Assembly (NCBI GenBank): GCA_001599295.1
Contig: BCGN01000006.1
Span: 868,001-932,000 of the forward strand
Source of the DNA: Sporopachydermia quercuum
Lineage: Eukaryota
Reading direction: 5' to 3'
DNA: 64,000 bases
Both the position numbers and the translations under genes were made by a program. This document shows positions 35,211-48,200 of the stretch, one piece after another (the first letter of the stretch is position 1; every line of letters begins with the position of its first letter). The notes under the pieces were generated by a model. It worked only from the letters and a program-made list of their open reading frames with translations. It searched no databases and was not told the origin of the DNA.

Positions 35211-36338
35211 TTATTCTTCCTTTGTATCAGGTTCGGTAGGAGCTTGTTCGATGGGAGCTTCTTCGGTAAGACCTTCTTCTGCAGGAGCTTGTTCAGCAGG
35301 AGCTTGTTCAGCAGGAGCTTCTTCTGCAGTACTAAGGTCAGCATTGGGTTGTTCTTCACCTTCAGGAGATGGTGTAGCATCATCGCCAGTTTTGATGTTG
35401 GAATCAATAGCAACAGTGATATTTAGAGGGCGTCCAGATAATGAACGACCTGTGAAATCAGCAATTGCTTTTTTTTGTAATTCTTCTGAGGCAAATCGAA
35501 CAAAACCAAACCCTCTGCCTTTAACAGGAGTTTGCTTCTCTTGTAAATACTTTAATAGTCTCTTATTGACATGTTTCTTTGGAACATATGCCCAAACAGG
35601 CTCGTAATCAGCGAAAACTTGTAATAATTCACCTTCAGTAATCTTGAAATCTAGATTGGTAATATACACAGTATCTTTAGATTCAGTACCAGTTTTAGGA
35701 TCCTTCTTCTTGGGTTTCGATTTAGCCTTACTGCTTTTTTCACTGGTCTTGGAATCGGAACCTTCTTTACCTTCTGCTAGATTCTCATCAGTTGTAGGCG
35801 AAACAGACTTAGGAGATTCATCACCATTAATACTATCACTAGTTGCAGCCTTCTTTTTCTTCTTCAGTTTCTCTTTTTTAGCTTGAAGAGCAGCCTTAGC
35901 AGCTTCTTTCTTGGCTTTTGCAGCTTCAGCATCGTAAGGTCTGGCAATTTCAGTACGAACAGCTCTAGATTTTAATTCCTTACCGTTTAACTCATTCAAA
36001 GCTCTTTGTGCTTCATCCTTGGTCTTGAAGTCAACGAATGCAATACCAATTGTTCTCTTTATTAGATGACTACCATGCTTGGTGACCTTCAAGGGAATTA
36101 TTATATTTTCGTACTCGTATCCTTCTAAGAAAGATGCAAAATCAGCTTTACGTACTCGGAAATCCACAGATCCAAAATAGACCCGACGTTCTTCTGTTAC
36201 GGCAGCAGGAACTTCGGCGCTTGATAGCTCTGAGTTCTGTTCATCAACTTCAGCTTCAACTTCAGTAGTGTTTGGTACTTCAGCTTCAGTAGCTGGGACA
36301 GCTTCAGGAACTTCCTTGACTTCTTCAGTGGCAGACAT
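35211..36338 (-). CDS. Two-RRM RNA-binding protein, Sbp1/Rrt5-like
   Basis: RRM1 RVYFGSV...GIAFVDF and RRM2 SKDTVYITNLDF...RGFGFVRF, with a Lys-rich linker and acidic termini containing APAEQ repeats. Confidence 0.8.
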   Translation of the reverse strand: MSATEEVKEVPEAVPATEAEVPNTTEVEAEVDEQNSELSSAEVPAAVTEERRVYFGSVDFRVRKADFASFLEGYEYENIIIPLKVTKHGSHLIKRTIGIAFVDFKTKDEAQRALNELNGKELKSRAVRTEIARPYDAEAAKAKKEAAKAALQAKKEKLKKKKKAATSDSINGDESPKSVSPTTDENLAEGKEGSDSKTSEKSSKAKSKPKKKDPKTGTESKDTVYITNLDFKITEGELLQVFADYEPVWAYVPKKHVNKRLLKYLQEKQTPVKGRGFGFVRFASEELQKKAIADFTGRSLSGRPLNITVAIDSNIKTGDDATPSPEGEEQPNADLSTAEEAPAEQAPAEQAPAEEGLTEEAPIEQAPTEPDTKEE

Positions 36339-38468
36339 TGTTGTTTACTTCCTTATCGGTTCTTGATTCTCAAAATCTACAATTCTGATATTATTATCTA
36401 TTGGTANTTGCAACGGCAGTAAAAAGNCTTGTTTCTGTAGTAATTACTTCAATTATTTCTTTCGCTTAAGCTTTTTATCGATATCTGTTAATGAAAACTC
36501 AAGTAAACTATTCAATCGTTGTAATTCTGTTCGTCTTTGTCTTTCCACTCTTTCCAACTAGTACCAGTAGTATATTAAACAAAAAACTCAAATAATAATA
36601 CACTTTCAATTTGAAATACNATATAAATATNTTATCTTTTAATATATTATCTCACTAAAATAAATTATAGCTATTCGATGTTAAATTGCAAATAAATCAA
36701 CATCGCTTTTAATTANAGGAGAAGAAAACAACCCAACTGTGGAAATTGTTCAACTTTGGTTTTTTGTTTGCCATTGATTTCCTTATACATTCCATTTTTG
36801 GTGACACTTTCACCATCAATGTTGGTTCTACATAATGTAATGAATGAAAGAAACGACAGTGAATTGAATTAATAAATATATATTTAAGCAACGGATTACT
36901 TGATGAAATATATAAAACAAACATTTTCAAGAATAAAGAGGATTGTTATCATTATTGTGTTGATAGTACGGTTTTTCACAGAGGTACAACCTTCAATTGT
37001 ATCATTTGGTGTCCCTGTTAATATAATGAAGTGTCACTCATCGTAGTTGGGCATCTAAAATAAAGTTTGGGTATTTTTGTTTAGATTAATTTTTGAGAGA
37101 ATCCCCTAATGTCACAGCTAAATGGGAAGTAGTTGGTCTAGTTGAATAGAATCAAACGATCAGTATTAGAAACATACAATGAAATATGTTATAGTTGTGT
37201 GGTTTATCGTATATTGAAGATCTTGTGATGCTCTTCATTGATGTATACTGTACGAACAAGAAGGCAACAATGTGATGAAAGACAATCGAGAGAACATTCC
37301 ACAAAAGTTGATTCTAGGCAAACCTAAAACTTTAATATGACATTATTGAAAGTTAGACTTTCAATGCGTAGACTGCATTGAGATGCATGAGGATTGAGTG
37401 TTTGCTGTCTTTGACATTTACTAGATTAAAAAGAAGACAGATTGACATTGGCAATATTTCTATTTTTTCGTTTCATATAATTGTTGGATTGTTGTAAAGA
37501 AATGGGATAGCTTTAGTGGTGTTACAGTTCGAGAAGAGGAAAGACGAAGAGAACTTATTATGCACAAGTTATGCACAATTGACGCATAAAGTCTACAAAC
37601 ACTATTTCGACCTCAGTACCTTAGTAGATCACACTCGCCTATTACCAAGCATAGATAGCTTTCAGAATAATTGATTCGTCAATTGCAATTCGAAAGCCTG
37701 AGAAAAGACATCAGAATGACTATCTAGAATTAAATATTTAAATGTTTAGATGTCCACTCATTGCCGTTGTTTTGCTGCCATACTCTATCCCAGGTCACAT
37801 GCTCTGAAATTGATCATTTTCTTCTAAGTCTGAAATGTACGCTATGGCTTTCTCCACAGTAAAACTCATACTTAAATTAAGTACATTTTATGATTATGTA
37901 AACACGAATTATCCAAGGTGTTTTCAAACCTAGAACGTCCAAATCACACACCGCGTCTTATTTCGTTGTTTATTATCATTCAAGACGATAGATATATATA
38001 GCTGGAACCCTCAATAATACAGGCAACTTGATGGAATTAAAGGTGATCTGACACAATAAACTTCAGAACTAGTGGGGAAAGATTCTTGTGTGAAGATCGC
38101 GTGAATTGTCGTTGTAATTGGTGTGATTTCCATCTGATCCGGAAGTGACGGGAATCAAATGAATCAGAGTATTGTGCCGTTTGATCGATAGACAGCATAG
38201 CCAGAAGGTAAAATAAACTATTACTATTTGCTGAAAATCAGGTGGTAAGCAAGAAGTGAACGCAATAAACTGCATTGAAATATATACTAAGTATTGGATG
38301 CTATTGAAGGTGTAGTAGATATAGATTGGAAGATCAATAGGAAATAGACTACTAGAACCAAGAGCGCTGTTGTTATTACGATTAGTACCTAGCTCAGATA
38401 AAGAAATATTTACACGAGCGAAGAATCACGGGTTTCTTTTTTCTCTTTATATATATATATTATGCAAG

Positions 38469-40271
38469 ATGGAGCCAAGAGATATTATCAACCAGCTGGA
38501 TTCATTCAACTCAACATTGTATAACATTAAATCCAAAGTATTCACTCTACCAGGAACAGCAATCATTTGGAGATATATTCAATCGTCATACCAGAATGAT
38601 CCAGTGCGCTCAGTGTTCGAACTATGCTTGGTTGTATTTGCTGTGAGATACTTTTTAGCTTCTAAATATTCATACAACAAACAACAATCCAATTTCATAA
38701 AGCTAAGTCCCTCAGAAATCGATGAACTAGTAGCTGAATGGGAACCAGAACCAATTGTCAAACCTCTAACTACAATCGAAGCCAACAAACTTGACTCAAT
38801 TCCTGTAATTAAAGGTCCAATTGGTCCCAAAGTCACGTTGGAATTGTCTGAGAAGAAAGCACAACTACTAGGTAACAAAGACAAATTGTTGACCGATGTA
38901 TTGAATTTTACGTCTGTTGATCAATTGAACTTCAGTAGACATCCCGAAATAACGTCCGTTTCTGTGAAGACTATTCGTGAGTATGGTGTTGGAGCATGCG
39001 GTCCACCAGGTTTTTATGGTTATCAAGAACCTCATCAGGAGATTGAACAAAAAATTTCCGAGTTTCTTGGTACTGAAGATGCTATTATATACGGTCAACA
39101 CTTCTGTACGCTTCCCTCTGTAATTCCTGCTTTTTTGAAAAGAGGAGACATTGCTGTAGTTGATTCGGGTTGCAATTTAGCCATTCAACAAGGATTGAAA
39201 CTTTCAAGATGTACAGTCAAATGGTATAAACACAATGATGTAGAAGATTTGAAAGCTAAAGTTGAATCTTGTCGAAATGTCTTTGAAGAAAAACCAGAAA
39301 CAAGAAGATACATCATAACTGAAGGCTTGTTTGAAAACTCTGGTGATTCTCCTGATTTGAAAGCTATGCTTGAACTCAAGTATAAATATAGGATTCGTAT
39401 TCTTCTGGATGAATCACTATCAATTGGCCTTTTGGGAGCTTCAGGCCGTGGTTTGGTTGAAGAAGCTGGGGTATCTCGTTCTGAAATAGACTTGACTGTA
39501 GGTTCCTTGGCAGGTGTTTTCTCCGGTTGCGGTGGATTCTGTGCTTCATTTGCTCCTATTGTTGAGCATCAACGTATCGGCGCAAACTCCTACGTGTTTT
39601 CTGCCTCTCCACCTAGTTATTCTATGAGATGTGCCNAAAAGGCAATGGAACTGATTGACGATAACCATGAAAAATTCCAAGAAAAAGGAAATGATTTCTT
39701 TTCAGTATTAAAACAACATGCTGCTTTTGTTTCGGAAAAAGTTGGAAAGACTGCTTTGTCGAAATATTTCGAAATTATCTCTAGACAGGATTCACCTATT
39801 CTTATGCTAAAGCTCAATTCGCAAATCAGACAAAAACTAGGGTTTCCCGACTCATACTCCGGCTCCGAAAACCGTAAGAACGAATCAAACAACAAGTTCA
39901 AGCCAAGTATAGAGATCCCTAGTTTCTATGAAGATATCTATGATGAGGAACATGATATCAACCTTTTTAATACTTTTGCCGGTTTGACAGAAATTGAATT
40001 CCAGTATTTGCTAGAATCCAAACTACTTCAAAAGATCATTAATAAGTTGGTTTATGAGCATAGCATTCTCGTTACTAAAGGCGAGAGAACTCTTCGACAC
40101 GAATCAGTAGATGTGATTGGAATTCCGTTAAAGGTCTATTTAGGTGTTGCTCAATCAGACGAAGATCTCAAGCGTTTAGTTGATAAACTTTTGGAAGTAT
40201 CGGAAGAAGTTTTGCAGGATGTTAGTGATATCGGCAAATCAGTGGAGAGAAGTTCCAAGCGATCTTCTTGA
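38469..40271 (+). CDS. LCB1: Serine palmitoyltransferase subunit Lcb1
   Basis: YIQSSYQNDPVRS, IDELVAEWEPEP, YGVGACGPPGFYG, SVIPAFLKRGD, LDESLSIGLLGASGRG and YVFSASPP. ATG is at 38469. Confidence 0.95.
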   Translation: MEPRDIINQLDSFNSTLYNIKSKVFTLPGTAIIWRYIQSSYQNDPVRSVFELCLVVFAVRYFLASKYSYNKQQSNFIKLSPSEIDELVAEWEPEPIVKPLTTIEANKLDSIPVIKGPIGPKVTLELSEKKAQLLGNKDKLLTDVLNFTSVDQLNFSRHPEITSVSVKTIREYGVGACGPPGFYGYQEPHQEIEQKISEFLGTEDAIIYGQHFCTLPSVIPAFLKRGDIAVVDSGCNLAIQQGLKLSRCTVKWYKHNDVEDLKAKVESCRNVFEEKPETRRYIITEGLFENSGDSPDLKAMLELKYKYRIRILLDESLSIGLLGASGRGLVEEAGVSRSEIDLTVGSLAGVFSGCGGFCASFAPIVEHQRIGANSYVFSASPPSYSMRCAXKAMELIDDNHEKFQEKGNDFFSVLKQHAAFVSEKVGKTALSKYFEIISRQDSPILMLKLNSQIRQKLGFPDSYSGSENRKNESNNKFKPSIEIPSFYEDIYDEEHDINLFNTFAGLTEIEFQYLLESKLLQKIINKLVYEHSILVTKGERTLRHESVDVIGIPLKVYLGVAQSDEDLKRLVDKLLEVSEEVLQDVSDIGKSVERSSKRSS

Positions 40272-40457
40272 AGTGTTCAATATGATATCGAATCTAATAG
40301 ATCAGAAAAAAATACCAATAGAAAATCAACAGACAGGAATATACCGCATCGATTGAACTAATAACAGTAACTTAATAATAACACTACTAATAATAATATA
40401 ACGTAATATAATAATTTTAATTGTTTTCATACTTTATTTATTGTAAATATTCCGTTT

Positions 40458-41147
40458 CTAGTGTTTGTAGTGTTTGTCCAGCAAAACTTGAATTGGTTCT
40501 GAAGACTTGACGTTAAGTTAGTAATTTATTCTTTATTCAACCATATCTACGATTGACGATGTCCCCAAATAGAGCTACCTAATCATAACAATTATCAAAC
40601 ATACCTTAATGAAATTAACAAATAATGAGTCCAAACTTTCCAACTCAACCTTCTTTGTTTTGTTTTCATCTAGTAATTGTAAACGCACGTTTTGAAGCTC
40701 CCGTCTTTGTAAGTACAGTTTCAGTCTCATTTGCTTTTCTTCCTCTAACCGCCTCAGATTATCTTCATGGTTTACTACTGGTCCAGCTGCTACTTTGGTA
40801 TCTATAAGTTCTTCCAAAGGCCTATACTTTTTGCAATTATCGATTTCTTGAGTCAAATGACGATTTCTGTATCTGATGTTTTGCTCTGTTAGTAGAAGTA
40901 AATCTACTTTCTCTTTTTCTTTCGCACTGTTCTCTTTAGCGGCATTAACTTGCTCTTGTATCTGTCTATTGTATAGCCTTAATATAGACAGTACACTATT
41001 AATATCTGCTTGCAGTTGAAGTTTTTCAGGAGAACTAGAAGTTGACCTGTTATTCAGTTCTTTATGTTGGTCCATAAGAGTTTTCAGCAGTTCAGTAGCT
41101 TGTCGAGCTTTGTCCACAATTATCTGTAGATTGTGATTCTTTGTCAT
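40458..41147 (-). CDS. Short THO complex subunit THOC5/FMIP-like protein; exons 41147-40605 and 40505-40458
   Basis: LRLYNR...KEKVDLLLLTEQNIRYRNRHLTQEIDNCKKY and LRRLEEEKQMR resemble the Thoc5 N-terminal coiled coil. The intron GTATGT...TACTAAC-11nt-AAG gives a C-terminus FIK-SSEPIQVLLDKHYKH*. Confidence 0.7.
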
Positions 41148-41771
41148 CGTGGAATGATGTAATGATATAAATTGTGAATTGTGGATTGTGCTTTGAGTCC
41201 TAAATCATTGTTACAACTACAATTTCTTTTTTGTGTTTGAAATTCAAATCAAACATTTTTGTGTCAACAAAATAAAAACTCTTTGAATACTTTTTGAAGA
41301 ATATCAAGATACAATGAGTAGGGAGACTTGATATTACCATATTATCTCCGAAATTTGCTCGTCCTTTACTTATTTATCCTCATCAACTCCAGCTGCTACC
41401 ATAAAGCACTTTTATGGCTAACAAAGAAAAATAGATTTATAGATTAACTATCTAAGCGTTTAATAACTAATGAATCCTCAAATATCCTTTAGGTAATCTT
41501 TGAAAATAGTTCAGAGATCATTTCTTAATATTATCCACCTTTTACAACCATATATCATCGTCTCCGTTTTATCTCCCAATCTCCGTTATTCCTAAGATAC
41601 AAAACCAAGTATTACACAGAAATAAATTCACACAAACATCCCACTTTACCTATGTCCCATCTACAAACACATCAAATAGCCGTCTACTTCTTTTCCTTGT
41701 CGCCTATCAAGACTTTAGTNCAGTACTTCAACACTGGTTCATCTCATGAAATACCATAAAACTGCATCTCA

Positions 41772-44256
41772 ATGTTAGAATCGTCTCCAGAATTATTCCA
41801 TATTCCAACTATAAGAGCTGAGTTGAGAAGTTCGGCTCAAACGCTTACTCAATTGTGTTTATATCAGGGCGCCAAATGGTAAGTATGATCTTCTATTGAA
41901 CGAGAATAATAACAACAATGATAGTAGTAGAATTAATAATAGTATGAGCAAACGTGAAGTCATTAAAAACGATTATATTATAGTCTTGTTGTTTTCTTCA
42001 TTGGGATCAAACTATGATACATTACTTATCTGATCTATGCTTATACAACATTGTGGACTTCGTTCATGTTGATACTAGCTATTGAATATAACCATTACTA
42101 ACTTCCATTACCTAATAGGTCCGCAGAAGCTTTGAATGGTCTAGAGACAATCTCGTCAGAAAATAGTACCAATTTTAGTCTGAAAACCAATCTCTCTGAT
42201 ATTCCTAGTGACCAAAAGCATATCTATAATGAAGAATTCACATTACGGTACTTTCAAAAGGAGACTGAATACAATGAAGCTGACAAAATACTACTAGCAA
42301 AGACATATTTCGACTGTAAGGAGTTCAAAAGAACTCAGCATTTACTACAGAAAGTCAAATCTCCTCGTGGAGTATTCTTACGCTTATATTCCCAATATCT
42401 TGCTGGAGAAAAGAAACGCGAAGAAGACAGTGAAGGTGTATTAGGACTTATGGACAATGTGACAATGAACTCTGAGTTAGGAAAGATTATGGAAAGCATT
42501 GATGATTTCACAGGTGATAAGCCATTGATTGATCCTTTTATTAATTATCTGTAAGTATTTGTTTCACTATTCATGCGCATCATTGATAGAATATGTTGGG
42601 TGTAAGTTTTATGAAGACTATGTTATATTAACCATATGGTGATAATTGTATTTTTGTTGATAATTATGATGAACAGAAAAGGTGTGATTCTGTTAAAGCA
42701 AAAAAATGAAAAAGCAGCTATTCAATGCTTGTTGATATCTGTAAAACAATTCCCATGTAATTGGAGTGCTTGGCAAGAGCTTTTAACATGTGTCGATGAT
42801 TTAGATATGGTGAGTATTTCTGTTGGTGGAGCATGTGAACACTAAAGAAAGGCAAGGAAAGGCAAGGAAAGGAACTGTGTGAGAGCTTCCGGTAGAAGCA
42901 CTAGTTTCATATTGTTATGTGCGTATCTGATGGGACAGTATGGGTACTATACTAAGATATTCTTTGCAAACTATACAAAAATAAGGCATGCTATAATATA
43001 CGGCGCAATTGTTTGTGATACTGTATGATAGTATAATCTGGTGTGCTTATGCTCTCATATCAATCTTCATTGGCTGCTGTATTTCACTCTCATTCTCATC
43101 ACAGTTCTTATTCTCACCCCTATTCCTATACCACACTACGAAGATACTAACTTAACAGATAATTGAACTAAGCAATAAACTACCAAAACATTTCATGTCA
43201 ATCATGTTCGAACTAGTTGCTTATCAAGAAGCATTCTCAAAATCAGATACAATGTTTCGACACTTAACTATGCTTGAATCAACTTTCCCTTCATTCCAAT
43301 TCTTAACTCTCCAAAAGGCTCTTCTAAGCTACCATAATTTAGATTACCCTGAATCAGAGCTTTTCTTCAATGAAATACTATCAAATGATCCTTACCGGTT
43401 AGATGAAATGGACGTCTATTCAAATATTCTCTATGTGATGGAGAAACAATCAAAACTGAGCTATTTAGCTCAAATTGCTTCCAGCACAGATAAATTCCGG
43501 GCAGAGACTTGTTGCATTATTGCCAATTATTATAGTTTGCGTTCCGAGCATGAGAAAGCTATTATGTACTATAGACGAGCTTTAACTATCAACAGAACAT
43601 GTTTAAGCGCCTGGACACTTATGGGACATGAGTTCGTTGAATTGAAAAACTCACATGCTGCTATTGAATCATATAGAAGAGCCGTTGATGCCAACAAGAA
43701 GGATTTCCGAGCATGGTACGGTTTAGGACAAGCTTATGAAGTATTAGATATGCATTATTATTCATTATATTATTATCAACGAGCAGCAGCATTGAAACCA
43801 CTAGATATGAGGATGTGGCAAGCAGTGGCAAATTGTTATGAGAACCTCCAACGTTATGATGAAGCTATCAAAGCTTGTTTAAGAGCTTTACAAGTATCAG
43901 ATTCTGACCCTGTAATGCTACATAAGTTAGGTCTATTATATGATAAACAGGGCTCTAAGAAAGATGCATATAAATATATGAAGAGCTGTTTAGACCAAGA
44001 GGAAGCTGAAGGAGTTACTGATGAGACAGTCAAAGCAAGACTATGGCTTGCTAAATACGAAGCTAAACAACAAAATTGGGAAGCTGTTTTTAATTATGCA
44101 AGTGATTTAGTTCATGGTACTCCAGTATGTATTTATGGTTGTTTATGCTTCAAACTTGTTTAGAACAATAGCAACTAACTGATTGAATAGAATGAACTAG
44201 AAGAAGCTAGAGCGTTATCAAGACAAGCAAGGAGCTCTTTGAATCATTTTAACTAA
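41772..44256 (+). CDS. CDC23: APC/C TPR subunit Cdc23/Apc8; exons 41772-41878, 42119-42550, 42677-42809, 43159-44124, 44191-44256
   Basis: LYQGAKW-SAEALNGL, LLAKTYFDCKEF, FPCNWSAWQEL, DPYRLDEMDVYSNILYV and AWTLMGHEFVELKNSHAAIESYRRAV. All four introns are GT-AG and preserve the frame. Confidence 0.93.
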
Positions 44257-45272
44257 TTAGAACCTCCTTGATAAAATAATGTCCTAAATTAGTGTAGGAG
44301 AAAGTCATAGAAAGAAAAGAACAGAGAAAGAAACAAGCATCTATCTTTCAAATGTTGAAATGTTCGGGTCATCCTTATAAGTGGTAGAGCAAACAAGAAA
44401 TGCTTTAGTTTAAACTACCATCAACACAATCGATAGTACTAAAGCCAAAAATCAATAAGATCTGTTTACAGGGTAGAAGCAATACCAATTATATGATAAA
44501 AGGTGTACATTAGGTGTCCTTTTTGTTGATGATATAGACCGACAGTCAAAATTCAATCCTGAAATGAATCGATAGATTCATTAAATTGAGGCTCGGTAAA
44601 ACCGGTACCGAAATCAGGAACAAAGCTTATTTTTTTCACTTAGGACTGAACCAAATAAAGACAAGTGTTATCTAGTGAGTTAATAGCGAAAAGCTAAGAA
44701 GAACTAGATATACTCAACTCCAGCGATAACATTTCTAATTCTAACCAAGTCATTAGTATACATATATTAACTTGTATCGAATGATCATATTCATGTGTCC
44801 CTTATTCCCTTATTTCGGACATATTCTTTATCATCTCCGGTAATGACTCCACATCTCATCCTGAAAATCCTCAAAACTCGTAATGGTGATGTTCTTCAAT
44901 GCCTCAAATTACTTCTAAGGCGTAAGATGCATACCGCCAATTTTCCATAATAAAAAAATAAATTACTTCCGTGCTCTTACAACTATTCTAATGAGCAGGC
45001 AATTAGCTATTGTAAGTGTAGTTTCGGAAGCCACAAAACATCCATCCGAAGTATCAGTATTTAATTCGGAACCCACAAACGTCAAGGTTTATTCTGAACC
45101 AGGAAATTTCCCGGATTCATGGGATTTGAGTACCCAACTAATGTGATCAAGAATCAAATTCAGTTCCGATTGTTTACTATACTCATTTCCTATTTAGTCC
45201 CGTTTTTTACCCGATTCAGTTAACTTTTGGAATCAAATTCAGTAATCACTCAGTAATATAGTGTTTTGTGTA

Positions 45273-48200
45273 ATGCCGAAAAACCCCCCACCTCCACCGC
45301 CTCCAGGGCGGTCCAATAAATCTGTGCCGCCCCCACCAGGTTCAAATCGGCTTGGTGCTCGACCCCCACCACCTCCCGGCGCTAGATCTTTCCCAGCTGG
45401 TGGCCCACCTCCAGTTAAGCCACCAGGACCTTCAAAAGGTCCAAAAGAAGCTCCAGAGGTACGCAAACGGAAACTAGCCGAGAAGAAACGCAAATGGCTC
45501 CTTCATCAGAAATCCCGGTTCGGAACCACAAAAAAGGTCAATCCATCCCGAATTCACCCCCAGAAAGCCGATATGCCACCCGAACACCTCCGGAAAATCA
45601 TCCGAGATCACGCCGACATGTCGGCTCGGAAATTTGCTGCCGATAAGCGCTCATATCTCGGAGCCCTGAAATACATGCCCCACGCAGTACTAAAATTACT
45701 AGAAAATATGCCCCAACCGTGGGAAAGTATGCGGGAAGTTAGAGTTTTGTACCATATTTCGGGAGCCATTACGTTTGTAAATGAAATTCCCCGAGTAATT
45801 CCTCCCGTTTATACCGCCCAATGGGCTACAATATGGTTAGCAATGCGGCGAGAGAAGCGGGACCGTCGGCATTTCAAACGGATGAGGTTCCCNCCGTTTG
45901 ATGATGAGGAACCTCCAATTTTGTGGTCGGATAANATTCAGGATGTGGAATTACCGGAAGCGGTAGAGTTAGAGCTCAACGAGGAAGAAGACTTGTCTAT
46001 TTTGGACTGGTTTTATGATCATCAGCCGCTTAGAGATGATCCCACGCACATTTTAGGCAGTAGTTACCGGAAATGGAAGCTGGAGTTGCCAGAAATGGCG
46101 AATCTGTACCGATTGGCTACTCCGCTTTTAACCGAGGGCAATAATCCCAACGCGGGGTATTTATTTGACAAAAAGGCCTTTTTCACGGCTAAGGCACTCA
46201 ATTTGGCAATCCCAGGCGGACCGAAATTCGAACCCTTGTACAAAGACGTCAATTCCGAAGACGAGGATTTTACTGAGTTCAATTCAATCGATCGGATCAT
46301 CTTCCGAATCCCCATGCGGACCGAGTACAGGGTCGCTTTCCCCTTTCTGTACAATTCATTGGCTCGATCAGTAGAAATTGCTGCTTACCATCATCCGGAT
46401 AACCTATTTATCCGAACAGACGACCCGGATCTCCCTGCTTTCCATTTCGACCCGCAGTTTAACCCGATTTCAGGTCGGAAAGTGCTCACTTCGGGCCCAG
46501 AAGCCGAGCTGACGGAAACAGCTGAGGAATTCACTCTTCCTGACGGATTCACCCCACTTTTATCCGACCAAAATTTAACTCCCGAGCATACAAATTCAGC
46601 CATTTCCTTGCTGCATGCCCCACATCCGTTTAACCGAAGAACGGGCAACACATGCCGAGCTCAAGACGTACCCCTCATTAAGAACTTCTATCTTGAGCCT
46701 TGCCCGGGCGGAAACCCCGCCAAAGTCCGCGTTTCATACCAAAAACTCCTCAAAACGTACGTTTTAACTGCCCTTCATAGTCAGGATCCCGCCAACTACC
46801 CCGCCTCCAAAACAAACCTTATTCGGTCCCTTCGGCAAACAAAGTTCTTCCAGCAAACATCGATTGACTGGCTAGAAGCCGGCTTACAAATATGCCGCCA
46901 AGGGTTCAACATGTTGAACTTGCTAATTCACCGAAAAGGGTTAGTTTATCTCCATTTGGACTTCAACTTTAATCTTAAACCGACTAAAACCTTAACTACA
47001 AAAGAGCGGAAACGATCCCGTTTCGGAAACGCATTTCATCTTATGCGGGAGATTCTCAAGACTATTAAGCTTTTAGTAGACGCGCAAGTTCAATACCGAT
47101 TAGGAAATATAGACGCGTTCCAACTGGCAGACGGAATTTACTATATTTTTAACCACTTAGGACAATTGACTGGCATTTACCGGTACAAATATAAAGTTAT
47201 GCATCAAATCCGAGCCTGTAAAGATCTGAAACATGTGATTTATTACAAATTCAACCGAGGCATCGGCAAAGGTCCGGGCTGCGGCTTTTGGCAACCGGCT
47301 TGGCGCATTTGGATCTTTTTTCTCCGGGGTATTCTTCCCCTTTTGGAAAGATGGCTCGGCAACTTATTGGCCCGGCAATTCGAAGGCCGCCATTCAAATA
47401 CCGTGGCGAAAACTATCACAAAACAAAGAGTCGACTCCTATTACGATTTAGAGCTAAGAGCCGCGGTTCTTAACGACATCTTAGACTCAATACCCGAGGG
47501 TATTCGTCAGAATAAGGCTAAAACGATTCTCCAGCATTTATCCGAAGCTTGGCGGTGTTGGAAAGCCAATATTCCTTGGAAAGTTCCGGGATTACCCGCN
47601 GCTATAGAGAAAATCATCCTTCGGTACGTTAAGGCTAAAGCCGACGGGTGGATTTCTGTGGCGCATTATAACCGAGATCGGATTAAGCGCGGAGCCACAG
47701 TGGACAAAACCGTGGCTAAGAAGAATTTGGGCCGGTTGACGCGGCTGTGGCTGAAAGCGGAACAAGAGCGCCAGCAAGGTTTCCTTAAAGATGGGCCATT
47801 TGTGACTTCGGAAGAGGCCGTGGGCATTTATTCCCAAATGGTGCAATGGCTTGAATCTCGGAACTTTAATCCTATCCCGTTCCCTCCTCTTAGTTACAAG
47901 CACGACACGAAATTACTTGTTTTGGCCTTGGAGGCGCTTAAAGAGTCGTACTCGGCAAAAGCTCGGCTTAATTCCTCGGAACGGGAAGAATTAGCGCTTA
48001 TCGAAGCCGCCTACGACAACCCGCATGAATGTTTAGCGCGGGTGAAACGGTTTTTGCTCACCCAGCGGGTATTCAAAGAGGTTTCTGTGGATATGATGGA
48101 CCATTATTCGCATATTAACCCGGTTTATTCTGTTGATCCGTTAGAAAAGATCACAGACGCGTATTTAGATCAGTATTTGTGGTATGAAGGGGAGAAGCGG

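Noticed and set aside
35275..35330. 15-bp repeats (GCAGGAGCTTGTTCA) as a CRISPR-like or mobile repeat
   Set aside because: They are coding repeats (APAEQ) in the RRM protein tail, with no spacers.
45661..45680. Alternative CUG genetic code
   Set aside because: CTG at 45666-45668 encodes the conserved Leu of Prp8 GALKYMPHA, consistent with the standard code. This rests on spot checks only.
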